DNA from: an uncultured bacterium
GTDB taxonomy: Bacteria; Patescibacteriota; Patescibacteriia; SG8-24; DYFX01
NCBI GenBank assembly: GCA_937900255.1
Contig: CALCDZ010000002.1
Coordinates: forward strand, 73,655 to 137,654
Length of the DNA: 64,000 nt
Reading direction: 5' to 3'
The translations under genes were made by a program, and so were the position numbers. A model generated the notes under the pieces. The model was given only the letters and a program-made list of their open reading frames with translations, was not told the origin of the DNA and made no database searches. Shown piece by piece: positions 17,847 through 28,247 of the stretch (positions are counted from its first letter, which is position 1; each line of letters opens with the position of its first letter).

Positions 17847-19439
17847 ATGAACTACCGTTTCTACGCGGCCACCCTCTTCTCCCTCTCCCTGCTGACCCTC
17901 ACCCTCCCTGTTTCGGCGGCGCTTCCGTCCGGAGGGACTCTCATCAAGGCTTCCGGACAAGCCGTCTATTGGTACTCCAAGGACGGCAAGCGCTACGTCT
18001 TTCCCGACGAGAAGACCTATCGGACCTGGTATGCAGATTTTTCCGGCGTCAAGACCGTCACGGATGCCGAATTGGCCAGCCTTCCGATCGGCGGAAACGT
18101 TACATCGAGACCTGGGGCGAAATTGCTCAAGATCATGACTGATCCGAAGACGTACGCCGTCGATGCTCACGGTACGTTGCGTTGGGTGACCTCCGAATCC
18201 GTCGCGGCGCAGCTCTATGGCGCCGACTGGAATCGGAAGGTGAATGACGTGCCTGATGCGTTCTTCACCAACTATGCCGTCGGAACCCCGATCGACGCGG
18301 CTTCACAGTTCACGCCCATGGCGGCATCGGATGCGGCTTCCGACATCGATGCGGATCGGGCCGCCTCCGTTCCGGTGCCGGCTCCTTCGCCGACGCCGGC
18401 GCCCGTGCCGGATCTCCCTGCCCTGATCGGCAGCAATGACGACGGCATCGTCCTTGCCGGGCAGCGGAACGTCATCCTCGCGAAGTTCAACCTGACGGCC
18501 GTGGACGAGGCCCTGAGACTGACGAAGGTCCGGGTCATGCTGGCCGATCCCGCGAGCGCGGCCGATCTCCTTCGCTTGCGTCTGTATGATGGCTCGACGC
18601 CGGTCTCTTCGGATGCGGGCATGGGCTCCGACGGCAACGCCGATTTTTCGGAAGTATCATTCGTCATTCCCAGGAACGGCACGAAGACGCTGACGGTGGC
18701 TGCCGACCTCAACGTGATCGGGCAAGGCGCACGGTCGGGTGACGACGTGTCCGTGAAACTGCATGTGCCTGGTTCCGACGACGGTACGTACGAGTTGCGC
18801 GGCACGAGCAGCGGCACCGTGCTGCATTCGGGGTCCGGCGGCGACAAGACGGCTTTCCAGAAACTGCTGCGCAAGACGGTTCCGACGGTTTCCAATGTCG
18901 CATTGCCGACCGGCACGCTCACGAACGGTACCGTCGTCGCCTCCCGTTTCACGATCGCGGCGGCGGCCTCCGAGCAGGTCTCGCTGAAGAAGCTGACCTT
19001 CAACGTCTCGAAGACGGATGCGCTCGGCATCGGTTCGGCGTCGCTGCGTGAAGCCGGTTCGGGCGCCGATCTGGCCGCTTCAGCCGTCCTGGATTCCGCC
19101 TGCGCGTCCGGAGCCGGTTCGACCTGCGTCGTGAGTCTTACGCTCGCATCGGAGCAAACCATTCCGGCTGGCGCCGCCAAGACGTATGAGCTCCATCTTG
19201 TCGTCAGCGGCGCGACCGGTTCCGCCTCGATCTTGACGAACCTGGTCGGGGACGCGGCCTCGTCCGTCGGTCATCTGACGGGCGGCGGTACCGCGATCGA
19301 CGGGGTCTCCCGCAACTTCATCTGGTCCGACAACGCGGCCGTGCCGCACATGGATGCCGATGCGGGCTCGGCGGATTGGTCGGATGGCCGGTACGTGAAG
19401 ATCTTGCCCAACGACGTCCAGGCGCTGACGAAGTCTTGA
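17847..19439 (+). CDS. secreted hypothetical protein (signal peptide, Pro/Ala linker, beta-rich C-terminal region)
   Basis: N-terminal signal peptide (ATLFSLSLLTLTLPVSAA); PVPAPSPTPAPVP linker. Confidence 0.45.
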   Translation: MNYRFYAATLFSLSLLTLTLPVSAALPSGGTLIKASGQAVYWYSKDGKRYVFPDEKTYRTWYADFSGVKTVTDAELASLPIGGNVTSRPGAKLLKIMTDPKTYAVDAHGTLRWVTSESVAAQLYGADWNRKVNDVPDAFFTNYAVGTPIDAASQFTPMAASDAASDIDADRAASVPVPAPSPTPAPVPDLPALIGSNDDGIVLAGQRNVILAKFNLTAVDEALRLTKVRVMLADPASAADLLRLRLYDGSTPVSSDAGMGSDGNADFSEVSFVIPRNGTKTLTVAADLNVIGQGARSGDDVSVKLHVPGSDDGTYELRGTSSGTVLHSGSGGDKTAFQKLLRKTVPTVSNVALPTGTLTNGTVVASRFTIAAAASEQVSLKKLTFNVSKTDALGIGSASLREAGSGADLAASAVLDSACASGAGSTCVVSLTLASEQTIPAGAAKTYELHLVVSGATGSASILTNLVGDAASSVGHLTGGGTAIDGVSRNFIWSDNAAVPHMDADAGSADWSDGRYVKILPNDVQALTKS

Positions 19440-19456
19440 AAAAAGAGCTCCCGACG

Positions 19457-20308
19457 CTATCGGGGGCTTTTGGTCACGTAGGGGATCATGGAGAGGAAGC
19501 TGCCGAGCCGCGTGGACGCTTCTCGGGCGATGCGCATGTTGCTCTCATGCGAGTGCTCCTCGATCGCGGTATTCGTGATGAAGGCCAGCGGCAGGACGCG
19601 CACGTCAGGATAAAGCGCGGCCACGCAAGCTTCTGGCAAGACGCTCATGCCGACGGCCGAGGCGCCGCAGTCGCGCAAGATTTTCTTGTCGTACTTCCGC
19701 CCTTCGAAGTAGGGGCCGCGCACCATGGCATACCCGCCGCCCGGCGCGACGGAGATAGGGAGCTTGCCGGTCCGTGTCATGAGATGTCGGATCGTCCCCT
19801 GGTCGATCACGTCTTCCGGGGAACAGAACTCACCGGCGAAAAGCGGCATGTCGGGGGCGAACAGCGTGATGAAGCCGTCGATCGGCATGATCTGGCCGGG
19901 GAGGACGTCGGAGTTCAGGCTCCCGGCGGCGCACGTCAGGATGAGGTCCTTGACGCCGAACTGGAGTAGCATCTCCACCTGCAATCGCACCATGGCATGC
20001 AGGCTCGCATCCGCTGGACGTTCGTTCAGGTGGACCCTCCCTCGGAGAGCGATGAAATCGCGTTTCCCCAGGCGTCCGCGCACGACCTCGCGGGCGTGTC
20101 CCTTCAGCGTTTCGAGCGCTTCGAATCCGGGAATCCGGGAGAACGGTACGCGTCTATCCTGGTCGTACTCCAACGCGTCTCCCCAACCGGTGCCCAATAT
20201 GAGTCCGACCGGCGGTTTGGAAGAGTTGGCGAAGCCCATCTTGCCCCGTAGGGTTTCTCCGGCGATGCGGGCCGTATCCTCGCTTGCAAGGTGCCTGTGC
20301 GTTTCCAT
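19457..20308 (-). CDS. punA: purine nucleoside phosphorylase (PNP/MTAP family)
   Basis: GLILGTGWG phosphate-binding loop and PNP-I family conservation; start at METHRHL (ATG verified at 20306-20308). Confidence 0.75.
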   Translation of the reverse strand: METHRHLASEDTARIAGETLRGKMGFANSSKPPVGLILGTGWGDALEYDQDRRVPFSRIPGFEALETLKGHAREVVRGRLGKRDFIALRGRVHLNERPADASLHAMVRLQVEMLLQFGVKDLILTCAAGSLNSDVLPGQIMPIDGFITLFAPDMPLFAGEFCSPEDVIDQGTIRHLMTRTGKLPISVAPGGGYAMVRGPYFEGRKYDKKILRDCGASAVGMSVLPEACVAALYPDVRVLPLAFITNTAIEEHSHESNMRIAREASTRLGSFLSMIPYVTKSPR

Positions 20309-20438
20309 GGATGATCTCCTCTCCAGGTAAGTGGAGCGTGGTGGAACCCTACACCGGCCATGGTGCACATGGCAAGAGATCGTGCACGGGAGTCATTACG
20401 GCCTGTAAAATCATGAGAAAAGGCGGTATGATGAAGTC

Positions 20439-21068
20439 ATGTGCTTTTCGCCTACAGCCAGTTTCATCGCAGGAGGCGCTCTTGGGATAGCTGGCATACA
20501 TGCCCTGAAACGCGCGAGAAAGCCTTCGGAACGGCCGTTTGCCGCCATTCCGCTGCTCTTCGGCGTGCAGCAGGTCATTGAAGGCTTCGTTTGGCTTACC
20601 TTCGGTCAACCGTTCCCGCACGGCGCGGCGACGTACGCGTACGTGCTGTTCTCCCACGTCCTGTGGCCAGCCTATCTTCCGTCCGCGGTCTGGGCACTTG
20701 AACCCGACCGGCGTCGGAAAAAATGGATCGTCCCGTTCGCCCTCATCGGATGCGTGGTCGGGGCCACGCTTCTGGCCTACGTGGTACGCGGCCCCGTGAC
20801 TTCTTCGGTCATCGGGCACTGCATCGCTTATGAAGTGCCGTTGCCGAGCGTGCCGGCCGGTTTGTGGGCGTACGTGCTGGCGACGGTCGGCACATGCTTC
20901 GTCTCTTCGCGCACGTTCGTGCGCGCCTTCGGGATCGCGCTGCTCGGCGCGCTCTGCGCCGCATATTGGTCCTATCGCGAGGCATTCTACTCCGTCTGGT
21001 GCTTCTTCGCCGCCGCCTTGAGCTTCATCGTCATCGTCCAGCTGCGCCAGGAATCCAAGCTCCCATGA
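20439..21068 (+). CDS. hypothetical polytopic membrane protein
   Basis: ~6 predicted TM helices; stop overlaps start of downstream FAD-oxidase gene (ATGA). Confidence 0.45.
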   Translation: MCFSPTASFIAGGALGIAGIHALKRARKPSERPFAAIPLLFGVQQVIEGFVWLTFGQPFPHGAATYAYVLFSHVLWPAYLPSAVWALEPDRRRKKWIVPFALIGCVVGATLLAYVVRGPVTSSVIGHCIAYEVPLPSVPAGLWAYVLATVGTCFVSSRTFVRAFGIALLGALCAAYWSYREAFYSVWCFFAAALSFIVIVQLRQESKLP

Positions 21069-22696
21069 CCCTCAGACAGGAACTGTCCGCCATCCTCAAG
21101 GGCGAGATCGCGGATGACGAAGTCGCGCGGACGGCATACGCCCATGATGCCAGCCTTTTCGAAATCGCTCCCGAACTCATCGTCGCGCCGAAAGATGTCG
21201 AGGATGTGGAACGCCTCGTCGGTTTCGCGGCTGCACGGCATGGGCGCGGCATTTCGCTGACGGCCCGTTCGGCGGGTACCGACATGAGTGGTGGAGCGGT
21301 CGGGGAGTCCGTGATCGTCGACTTTTCCAAGCATCTCGTGCGTCTGAAGGAGATTGGGGAAGGGTACGCCATCGTCGAGCCTGGGATGCCGTATCGCGAT
21401 TTCGAAAAGGAGACGCTGAAGACCGGCCAACTGTTGCCGTCCTATCCGGCCTCGCGCGAGTTGTGCACGGTCGGCGGCATGGCCGCGAACAACTCGGGAG
21501 GTGAGAAATCCCTGCGTTACGGCAAGACCGCCGTATTCGTGGAAGGACTCAAGGTCGTCTTCGCCGACGGTGAGGAGCATGTCGTCGCGCCGATGGACCG
21601 CGCTGCTCTCGATCGCAAGATGGCGCAAGACGATTTTGAAGGTCGTCTCTATCGGGAGACGTATCAGTTGATCGAGGCGCATACCGAAACGATCCGTGCC
21701 GCCAAGCCTGATGTTTCGAAGAATTCCGCCGGTTACGCCCTGTGGGACGTCTGGGACGGTACGACCTTCGATTTCACGAAACTCTTGGTCGGCTCGCAGG
21801 GCACTCTCGGGCTGATCACCGAAATCCGCTATCGCCTCATCCGTCCAGAGACGCATTCGAAACTGCTCGTGATCTTCCTGCGCGGCATGGATCGGCTGCC
21901 GGAAATCATCAATGCCGTCCTCGCGCACGGGCCGGAGAGTTTCGAGTCGTACGATGACCACACCCTGAGGTTCGCCATCCGTTACTTCCCTGATATCCTG
22001 CGGCAGATGAAGGGTCAGAACCTCGTTTCGTTCGCTTGGCAGTTCCTGCCGGAGGCCGGGATGCTGCTCACGGGCGGGTTTCCCAAGCAGGTCCTGCTGG
22101 CAGAATTCACCGGCGGGACGGAAGAAGAGGTCGACGCCAAGATCCGCTCCGCCATGGAAACGCTCGCTCCGCTCAGGCTCAACATGCGCGCCACCAGGAC
22201 AGAGCGGGAAGCGCGTAAATATTGGGTCGTGCGGCGCGAAAGCTTCAATCTCCTGCGGCGGCATTTCAAGAAGCTGCGGACGGCGCCGTTCATCGACGAT
22301 TTTTGCGTGAAACCGGCGCACCTGCCCAAGTTCCTTCCGGAACTGTACGCGATCCTCGATCGCTACAAGCTGCTCCTGACGGTCGTCGGTCACATGGGCG
22401 ACGCCAACTTCCACATCATCCCGATCATGGACCTGGGGGATCCAAGGATACCGGAAGTCATCCGCTCGCTCTCGAAAGAGGTGTATGATCTGGTCTTCCG
22501 ATACGGCGGTTCGATGACCGGAGAACACAACGATGGGATGATCCGCGGGCCGTACCTGAGGGCGATGTACGGAGATGAGATGTATGCCCTCTTCGAGCGC
22601 GTCAAGCGCATCTTCGATCCGGACGGCATCTTCAATCCTCACGTGAAGATCGGTGCCACGGAGGAATACGCCATGGCCCATCTCAAGAGATCCTGA
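21065..22696 (+). CDS. FAD-linked oxidase (PCMH-type FAD-binding; GlcD/D-lactate dehydrogenase-like)
   Basis: FAD-binding PCMH domain (GAGTDMSGGAVG...), C-terminal FAD-oxidase domain; 543 aa. Confidence 0.8.
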   Translation: MTLRQELSAILKGEIADDEVARTAYAHDASLFEIAPELIVAPKDVEDVERLVGFAAARHGRGISLTARSAGTDMSGGAVGESVIVDFSKHLVRLKEIGEGYAIVEPGMPYRDFEKETLKTGQLLPSYPASRELCTVGGMAANNSGGEKSLRYGKTAVFVEGLKVVFADGEEHVVAPMDRAALDRKMAQDDFEGRLYRETYQLIEAHTETIRAAKPDVSKNSAGYALWDVWDGTTFDFTKLLVGSQGTLGLITEIRYRLIRPETHSKLLVIFLRGMDRLPEIINAVLAHGPESFESYDDHTLRFAIRYFPDILRQMKGQNLVSFAWQFLPEAGMLLTGGFPKQVLLAEFTGGTEEEVDAKIRSAMETLAPLRLNMRATRTEREARKYWVVRRESFNLLRRHFKKLRTAPFIDDFCVKPAHLPKFLPELYAILDRYKLLLTVVGHMGDANFHIIPIMDLGDPRIPEVIRSLSKEVYDLVFRYGGSMTGEHNDGMIRGPYLRAMYGDEMYALFERVKRIFDPDGIFNPHVKIGATEEYAMAHLKRS

Positions 22697-22700
22697 CGCG

Positions 22701-23249
22701 TCATCGCCTCATCAGCGCGGCGAATCTCTCCTTGGCTTTCTTGACCTTCGGCGTGATCACGTAGGCGCAGTAGGGCTTGTCGGCATTGTTGTTGAAGTAA
22801 TCCCGGTGGTAGCTTTCGGCTTCGTAAAATCGGACAAGCGGCTTGATCTCGGTCACGATCGGAGTGCCGCCCGGTGAAGCCTTCTCCAGTTCGTGGATGT
22901 ACCGTTCGGCCGCGGTCTTCTGCGCCTCCGTCGAATAGAGCACGATGGAACGGTATTGCGTTCCGATATCGTTTCCTTGCCGGTTCGGCGTTGTCGGGTC
23001 GTGAGTGGCGAAGAAGACCGTCAGAAGATCGTCATAGGAGATCTTCGCTGGATCGTAGTCGATACGGATGACTTCGGCATGGCCGGTGTTTCCGCTGCAG
23101 ACCTCTTCATATGTCGGATCCGTTTTCAAGCCGCCGGCATAGCCGGGAAGCACGGAAATGACGCCTCTCATCATCCTGAAGACGGCTTCCGTGCACCAGA
23201 AACAACCTCCTCCAAAGACGGCAGTCTCGATCGCATCGGGTGTCTCCAT
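22701..23249 (-). CDS. msrA: peptide methionine sulfoxide reductase MsrA
   Basis: GGGCFWC active-site motif. Confidence 0.9.
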   Translation of the reverse strand: METPDAIETAVFGGGCFWCTEAVFRMMRGVISVLPGYAGGLKTDPTYEEVCSGNTGHAEVIRIDYDPAKISYDDLLTVFFATHDPTTPNRQGNDIGTQYRSIVLYSTEAQKTAAERYIHELEKASPGGTPIVTEIKPLVRFYEAESYHRDYFNNNADKPYCAYVITPKVKKAKERFAALMRR

Positions 23250-23257
23250 GGGTACGG

Positions 23258-23761
23258 CTAACGGACTTGAGTGATGCGGTAGCTGACGTCTTTCCCGTTG
23301 ACCGTCACGGCGATGGTCTCGCCGGCACGCTTGCCGATGAGCGCGGCCCCGAGGGGGGAGTGGTACGAGATGGAACCGGCAGCCGGATTCGCCTCTTGCG
23401 CCCCGACGATGTCATAGACGCGTTCCTTGCCGTTCACTGAAAGCGTCACGGTCGCGCCCAAACGGACGGTACCGCCGGGGCCGGCGCCGTGCCGGATCGG
23501 TATCGCGTTTTTCAGCCGTTCCTTGATTTCCAGGATACGATAGTCGAGGCCGGTGAGTTTTCCTTTGGCGGCCGAGTAAGCGAAATTTTCAGAGAGGTCT
23601 CCCATCTCCCTCGTGCGCCGGAGCTCTTCGACGGCTTTCGGACGGACACGCGTCTCGAGCCGTTCCAGCTCTTCCTGCAGCTTTCGGATGGCATCATGCG
23701 TGAGGTGATCATCGGCTGGATCGGAGGCGTACCTGCCGGGCTTGCGTTTGGGAATCTGCAT
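23258..23761 (-). CDS. greA: transcription elongation factor GreA
   Basis: Coiled-coil N-domain with acidic tip (GDLSENFAYSAAK), FKBP-like C-domain. Confidence 0.9.
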   Translation of the reverse strand: MQIPKRKPGRYASDPADDHLTHDAIRKLQEELERLETRVRPKAVEELRRTREMGDLSENFAYSAAKGKLTGLDYRILEIKERLKNAIPIRHGAGPGGTVRLGATVTLSVNGKERVYDIVGAQEANPAAGSISYHSPLGAALIGKRAGETIAVTVNGKDVSYRITQVR

Positions 23762-23789
23762 ATCTCAGGGTATGATAGCCTTGAAACCT

Positions 23790-25043
23790 ATGGAACGCCA
23801 GCGGATCGTCATCATCGGGGCCGGCTTCGGGGGCATGTACGTCGCCGGGCGCCTTTTGGCGTCGCTCAAGAAGGGTGAAATCGAGTTGACGCTGATCAAT
23901 CGGGCCAATTATTTCCTGTTCACCCCGCTTTTGCACGAGGTGGCGACCGGCGGGCTCAGCCCGACCAGCGTGACGGAGCCCCTCAGGGAAATTTTTGCGG
24001 GGTCCAGCGTGCGCATCCGCCAGGGCGAGGTTGAAGCGGTCGATGCCGTCAAGCGGCTGATATCCATCGCTCGTGACCCGGAACCTTTCCCGTACGACTA
24101 TGCCATCGTCGCCACGGGCGCCGTCACCAATTATTACGGCGTGACGGGGGCGGAAGAGCACGGGCTCCCTCTCAAGAGCCTCGGGGATGCCGTGCGCATC
24201 CGAGGGGCAGTGATCGAAGCGTTCGAACGCGCAGCCATGATCGAAGACCCGGCATCCCGTGCGCGGCAGCTCTCGTTCGTCGTCGTCGGCGGCGGCGCGA
24301 CCGGCGTGGAGGTCGCGGCGGAGTTACTGGAGTTCGCTTCCGGCATGGAGCGGAGATACCATCGAACACGGCGGCGCGAAGAGGGAGTTTCCGTCACGCT
24401 CCTGACGGCAGGTTCGGAGCTTTTGGCGCAATTCCATCCGGAGTTGCGCAGGGCGGCGGAGAATCGGCTGAAGCGTCTCGGCGTTCGCGTGCGCCTGAAC
24501 GCCGCCGTGGCCCGGGTTGAGGCCGATCGAGTCGTTTTTTCGGATGATTCCTGGACCCCCTCGTCCGTGGTCGTCTGGGCAGCGGGCGTGAGGCCGGAAC
24601 TTCCGCGCTTCATCGGCGGAGCTCCCGCTGCTCTTCAAGGGCGTCTACGCGTGGATCGGTTCCTGCGATCCGTCGATGACCCTCGTCTCTTCGCTTTGGG
24701 CGATGCGGCCTCCGTTGAAGGATCTCAAGGCGATTCGCCATTGCCGATGCTGGCCCAGGTCGCCGTGGCGCAAGCTAAGACGGTCGCTTCCAATGTCCTG
24801 GCTGAAGTGCGCGGCAGTGATATGTCTGAATTCCGGTACCGTTCGAAGGGGGGGCTCGTTTCCTTGGGTCAATGGTTCGCCGTCGGAGAGATCCTGAACG
24901 CCCGCATGAGCGGGCGCATGGCATGGTGGGTCTGGCGCACCATCTATCTCTTCAAATTCATATCCTGGAAGAAACGGCTCAGGATCGCGTTCGAATGGAC
25001 CATCAACATCTTCTCGGCGCGTGACATCACCGAACTGGATTGA
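23790..25043 (+). CDS. ndh: type II NADH:quinone oxidoreductase (NDH-2)
   Basis: Two Rossmann motifs (IVIIGAGFGG; VVVGGGATGVE), NDH-2 family conservation. Confidence 0.8.
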   Translation: MERQRIVIIGAGFGGMYVAGRLLASLKKGEIELTLINRANYFLFTPLLHEVATGGLSPTSVTEPLREIFAGSSVRIRQGEVEAVDAVKRLISIARDPEPFPYDYAIVATGAVTNYYGVTGAEEHGLPLKSLGDAVRIRGAVIEAFERAAMIEDPASRARQLSFVVVGGGATGVEVAAELLEFASGMERRYHRTRRREEGVSVTLLTAGSELLAQFHPELRRAAENRLKRLGVRVRLNAAVARVEADRVVFSDDSWTPSSVVVWAAGVRPELPRFIGGAPAALQGRLRVDRFLRSVDDPRLFALGDAASVEGSQGDSPLPMLAQVAVAQAKTVASNVLAEVRGSDMSEFRYRSKGGLVSLGQWFAVGEILNARMSGRMAWWVWRTIYLFKFISWKKRLRIAFEWTINIFSARDITELD

Positions 25044-25077
25044 AAAAGACGCCCGTGCGGGCGTCTTCGGTTCGCGT

Positions 25078-25584
25078 TCACTTGACCAGCAGCTTGTAGA
25101 TGAAACTGACGGTCGGATCGATGTCGGAACCGTAGGCCAACGCTCCGCCAAGCGCTCCAGTCACCGTCACGATGCAGAGGCCGAACAGGGCCAACACCGG
25201 GGTGAGCGCGGTCTCCGTCGCATAGCGGTGCAGGTCAAGGACCTTTCTCAGCCGTTCAGGCATGCCTGTCCATTCGCGACAAAGCCATGCGGCCGCATGA
25301 ATGGCGGCGAGCGCGCCGAAGAACAGGACGGTCGCGAGCGCCCAGCGTGAATGCACGGTCATCGCGCGGTAGAATTCGGTGTGCACGGGTGCTGAACCCT
25401 CCTGGGCGTCCCCGGTCAGATAGGCCGGAACGGCTCCGAAGACGCCCCCGAGCAGGAACGTGGCCTTGACATAGAAGATATAGGCGCGTTCGCGGACGCG
25501 CTTGATGATGGAAGCCGTTTCGAGCAGGGTGTAGATTGTCAGCAGAGCGATGGGAAAGTGGACGAAGATGGGGTGGAGATTCAT
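25078..25584 (-). CDS. DUF2231-like membrane protein
   Basis: MNLHPIFVHFPIAL N-terminus typical of DUF2231; 4 TM helices; internal ATG at 25582-25584 chosen, ORF extends to 25761. Confidence 0.45.
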   Translation of the reverse strand: MNLHPIFVHFPIALLTIYTLLETASIIKRVRERAYIFYVKATFLLGGVFGAVPAYLTGDAQEGSAPVHTEFYRAMTVHSRWALATVLFFGALAAIHAAAWLCREWTGMPERLRKVLDLHRYATETALTPVLALFGLCIVTVTGALGGALAYGSDIDPTVSFIYKLLVK

Positions 25585-25675
25585 ATGGATGACAGGGGGT
25601 TCCCTCAATACTAGCGCAACCGCGACGGTTCCGTAAGAGTTCACATTGGGCGGCATCTGGGCTACAGTGGCATCT

Positions 25676-26896
25676 ATGAAAGCCCGGACTGCGGCCATCA
25701 TCGCCGTGCCTGTCCTGATCGCGGCCGTCGCCGGCTCGCTGGTCCTTTTTTGGCGAGTCAACCGCGTTCGGATGAAGGGCGCTCAAGGGACGACGGCAGC
25801 CGTCATATCGGCACCTGTGCCGACCCCGGATCGCACGGAGGACGTCACGGTCACTCCGAACGCCACGTTCGGCGAGTTGCTGTCGGGTGCCGGAGTCTCA
25901 GGCGCGGACGCGTCGGGTATCTATGCGGCTGCCAAAAGCGTCTATGACCTGGCGAACATCCGTGCCGGAAAGGTGATCGTCCTGCGGTATGCGCCCGATA
26001 CTGGCGCACTGAAGGAGTTGGTCTATCCCTTGAACGGAGACGAGGAATTGCATGTCAGGAGGGAGGGTGGCGCCTGGACGGCCGCCAAGGAGACGATCGC
26101 CTACGACGTGAAGGTCAAGACGGCTAAAGGTACGGTCACGAGCTCCCTGTATGCAGCCGGATTGTCCCAAGGGCTCGATGAACGCGTCATCGTGGGCTTT
26201 GCCGACGTCTTCCAGTGGACCGTCGATTTCTCACAAGACGTCCGTGCAGGCGATACGTTCTCGGTCGTCTATGAGGAGCGGTATCGTGACGGGAAATACG
26301 TGATGCCGGGGGCTATCCTCGCGGCAGAATACGTGAATGGCGGAGACGCACACCGCGCGTACCATTTCAAGGATGCGTCCGGCGCTGAAGGGTATTACGA
26401 TGCAAAGGGCGCCTCGTTGCGCAGGATGTTCCTGAAGGCTCCGGTGGCGTTCAAGTACATCACCTCCGGATTCACGACCGGCGCGCGGTACGTCTCGGCG
26501 TTCCATCAGTTCAACAAGAGTCATATGGCCATCGATTACGCGGCGGCGATCGGGACGCCCATACGCGCGACGGCCGACGGAACGGTCGCTTTCGCCGGCT
26601 GGGGCGGACCGTACGGCAACAAGATCACCATCCGTCATAACGGGACCTACAGCACCAACTACTGCCACCAATCCAGGTTCGCCGTGAAGAAAGGGCAGCA
26701 TGTCGTCCAAGGGCAGTTGATCGGATACGTCGGGACGACCGGTTATTCGACCGGGCCGCACCTGCACTACGAGATGGTCAAGAACGGCGTGAAGATCAAT
26801 CCGTTGAAGGAGGTCTTTCCTGGCACCGACCCGGTCAAGGAAACGGAGATGCCGACGTTCCAGCAGACGATGGATCGCTGGGCGTCACAGCTTTGA
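25676..26896 (+). CDS. membrane-anchored M23 family metallopeptidase (lysostaphin-like)
   Basis: N-terminal TM anchor; HMAIDYAA (HxxxD) and GPHLHYEM (HxH) M23 zinc motifs. Confidence 0.8.
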   Translation: MKARTAAIIAVPVLIAAVAGSLVLFWRVNRVRMKGAQGTTAAVISAPVPTPDRTEDVTVTPNATFGELLSGAGVSGADASGIYAAAKSVYDLANIRAGKVIVLRYAPDTGALKELVYPLNGDEELHVRREGGAWTAAKETIAYDVKVKTAKGTVTSSLYAAGLSQGLDERVIVGFADVFQWTVDFSQDVRAGDTFSVVYEERYRDGKYVMPGAILAAEYVNGGDAHRAYHFKDASGAEGYYDAKGASLRRMFLKAPVAFKYITSGFTTGARYVSAFHQFNKSHMAIDYAAAIGTPIRATADGTVAFAGWGGPYGNKITIRHNGTYSTNYCHQSRFAVKKGQHVVQGQLIGYVGTTGYSTGPHLHYEMVKNGVKINPLKEVFPGTDPVKETEMPTFQQTMDRWASQL

Positions 26897-26911
26897 ATTT
26901 TTACCGCACTC

Positions 26912-28243
26912 ATGCGCCGCGCAACCATCTTCGCCGCCGTCATCGGTATCCTGATCCTTGCGGTCAGTGTCTTCTTCGCGCTCTACCGGCCGGAAACGTC
27001 CTTGACGAATCGAAGGGCGATATCGGTCGGCCATCTTCCGTCCATCGAAGATCTACGCGGGAACCTGCCGTCATCGCCGCTTCCGGAAACATCAGCGACG
27101 TCCGTGCCGTCGTCGTCTCATGACGAGGTGGCGAACGCCCCGTCCATCGGGTACCTGCCGCCTCCGAACCGGAACCTTTCCGGCAGCGTGCTCGGGCGGC
27201 AACGGGTGCCTTTGCCGGACGCGATTTCGGATATCCATCAGATTTATTATCACACGCCCACCCTGACGCTTTTCATGTCCGTGACCGAACCGGACGGTCG
27301 GAGGTCGGTCTGGAAGCTGCCTGAAGACGGTAAAGCCGAACGCGTCCTCTCGGCTGGAGACGGAGTGGGCGAGGTTTCCGTCTTCGGGGATTCGAAGGGG
27401 GTCATGTATCTCCAGTACGACCACCCGGCCCGCCTCTACCGTTCGGCTGACGGCCTCAAGACCTGGAACCTGGTCCTCAAGGACTACGGCAGCTTCTGGA
27501 ACATCGCCGATGATGGCGCGGGCAACGTCTATGCGGGCACGCATGATTGGAACCGCGCCGTGCTGTATCGCAGCACGGACGATGGACTCGATTGGGAACC
27601 GTTCGTGGATTTCCAGCAGCTGCTTCCTCAATTCGCCAAGACGTATCGCGAAGGAGATGACCGGTATTTCCTGCGACACTTGCACGGAGTGATTTATGAT
27701 ACGCATGAGCACCAGCTGATCGTGGGAACAGGGGATGTGGCACGATTCGCCCTCATGTCGCCGGATGACGGTCGTACCTGGCGGAAGATCTGGGACGAAG
27801 GTTTCACCGCCGCCGTGCCGATGTCCGGAGGATTCCGTTGGCTGCTCGGACCCGATCAGTTGCATGGCCACGGCCTCGCGGTCTATGACGCCGCGACCGG
27901 CGCCGCGCGCGAAGTCTGGAACCCGATCCCGTACGGTTACGCCGGTTACGTCTACAGCCTTTTGGACGTGAACGGCATCTACTACGCGGCCATCCACACC
28001 GAGGCCAACGAGGTCGGGGAGGTCGTGCCGAAGTTCGGCATCATCGCGAGTCCCGACGGCGAAACATGGTACCCCTTCCTGGAATACGGACCGCTCACAA
28101 ATCACGCGAGGACCGACATCTGGCTGGCACAGGCGCCCACGTACGTCTACGCCAGCATCAACGGCGTTCTTTACGCTTTCCGACCGCTCGACCAGGAGTG
28201 GTTCCAAGACAAGACGCCGTTCGCTCCGCCTCCGCGCTCGTAA
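26912..28243 (+). CDS. membrane-anchored BNR/Asp-box repeat beta-propeller protein
   Basis: N-terminal TM; repeated S-x-D-x-G-x-T-W Asp-boxes (SADGLKTW, STDDGLDW, SPDDGRTW, SPDGETWY). Confidence 0.6.
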   Translation: MRRATIFAAVIGILILAVSVFFALYRPETSLTNRRAISVGHLPSIEDLRGNLPSSPLPETSATSVPSSSHDEVANAPSIGYLPPPNRNLSGSVLGRQRVPLPDAISDIHQIYYHTPTLTLFMSVTEPDGRRSVWKLPEDGKAERVLSAGDGVGEVSVFGDSKGVMYLQYDHPARLYRSADGLKTWNLVLKDYGSFWNIADDGAGNVYAGTHDWNRAVLYRSTDDGLDWEPFVDFQQLLPQFAKTYREGDDRYFLRHLHGVIYDTHEHQLIVGTGDVARFALMSPDDGRTWRKIWDEGFTAAVPMSGGFRWLLGPDQLHGHGLAVYDAATGAAREVWNPIPYGYAGYVYSLLDVNGIYYAAIHTEANEVGEVVPKFGIIASPDGETWYPFLEYGPLTNHARTDIWLAQAPTYVYASINGVLYAFRPLDQEWFQDKTPFAPPPRS

Positions 28244-28247
28244 TCGT

